Source of the DNA: the human T2T-CHM13v2.0 reference genome, Homo sapiens
Assembly: GCF_009914755.1 (NCBI RefSeq)
Contig: NC_060946.1
DNA length: 64,000 nucleotides
Direction: 5' to 3' (one strand)
Of the stretch, positions 63,601 through 64,000 are shown in pieces. Below the pieces are notes generated by a model, which saw nothing but the letters and a program-made list of their open reading frames with translations, did not search any database and was not told the DNA's origin. The translations under genes were made by a program, and so were the position numbers. Numbering within the stretch: position 1 is the stretch's first letter; each line of letters begins with the position of its first letter.

Positions 63601-64000
63601 GAATGGAATCGAGTGGAGTTGAATGGAATGGAATGGAAAGAAGTGGAATTGAGAGGAGCGGAGTGTAGTGGAATGGATTGCACTGGAATGGAATGGAATT
63701 AAGTTGAATGGAATAAAATGGAATGAAATGGAGTGGAATGGAATGAAGTGGAATGGAATGGAGTGCAATGGAATGGAGAGGAATGAAGTGGAGTGGTGAG
63801 GAGTGGAATGGAATGGAATCGAGTGGAATGGATTGGAATGGAATGGGACGGACTGCATTCGAGTGGCGTGGGTGGAATTGAAAGAAATGGAATGGATTGG
63901 AGTGGAGTGGGAAGCAATGGTGTGGAGTGGTGTGGAGGGGAGTGGAGTGGAGTGAAATGTTGTGGAGTGGAGTGGAATGGAGTAAAATGGAAGGGAATGG

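Larger units (their letters stand above)
1..64000 (+). repeat. Satellite III (HSat3-type) array: diverged (GGAAT)n with abundant GGAGT; G-rich strand on +
   Basis: Seen: a 5-bp GGAAT/GGAGT period from first to last base, C strongly depleted on +, no strand switch and no unique insert longer than a few tens of bp. Established: (GGAAT/CATTC)n is the core of human/ape Satellite III. The ATCATCGAAT-rich pattern of HSat2 is not seen. Confidence 0.95.

Noticed and set aside
74-63668. Numerous short plus-strand MEWNG/VEWSG ORFs resembling pentapeptide-repeat proteins
   Set aside because: The periodicity is at the DNA level (5 bp) and is the same in all three frames. It does not match the A(D/N)LXX pentapeptide-repeat family.
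1-64000. CRISPR-like repeat-spacer array or other prokaryotic or defence system
   Set aside because: There are no constant repeats separated by unique spacers and no associated genes; all intervening sequence is the same satellite.
1-64000. Telomeric repeat, GGAA tetramer microsatellite or canonical G-quadruplex tract
   Set aside because: The unit is 5 bp, not TTAGGG or (GGAA)n, and G-runs are mostly GG with only scattered GGG+ runs.
1-64000. Canonical heat-shock elements (inverted nGAAn arrays)
   Set aside because: The nGAAn units are head-to-tail direct repeats and TTC is rare on +, so no specific three-unit inverted element could be supported by eye.
1-64000. Assignment to a specific chromosome or array (DYZ1, D15Z1, 9q12)
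   Set aside because: It rests only on coincidental period lengths and needs mapping to a reference assembly.

Overview
The whole 64-kb window is one uninterrupted, single-orientation array of a diverged pentameric satellite. The + strand reads (GGAAT)n heavily interspersed with GGAGT and single-base variants (GGATT, GTAAT, GCAAT, AGAAT, GAAAT, TGAAT, GGAAA); the - strand reads (CATTC/CACTC)n. This is the signature of primate Satellite III (HSat3-type) pericentromeric heterochromatin. Species, chromosome and subfamily cannot be assigned by eye. I find no credible protein-coding gene, RNA gene, transposon or CRISPR array, and no evidence for a new gene system. Every ORF in the track is a translation of the 5-bp period (MEWNG-type on +, HSIPF-type on -). 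What the sequence does show is a layered duplication history, traced by eye through rare landmark k-mers. Domains have different higher-order periods: ~3.2-3.3 kb at 3-9.6 kb, ~2 kb at 16-23.5 kb, ~1.45 kb at 31-34 kb, ~0.85 kb at 37.5-39 kb and ~1.5-1.77 kb at 50-60 kb. There are also young near-perfect 25-140 bp tandem duplications, multi-kb conservation of the 5-bp register, and micro-expansions of variant pentamers. Block boundaries are approximate and need a self-alignment to confirm.
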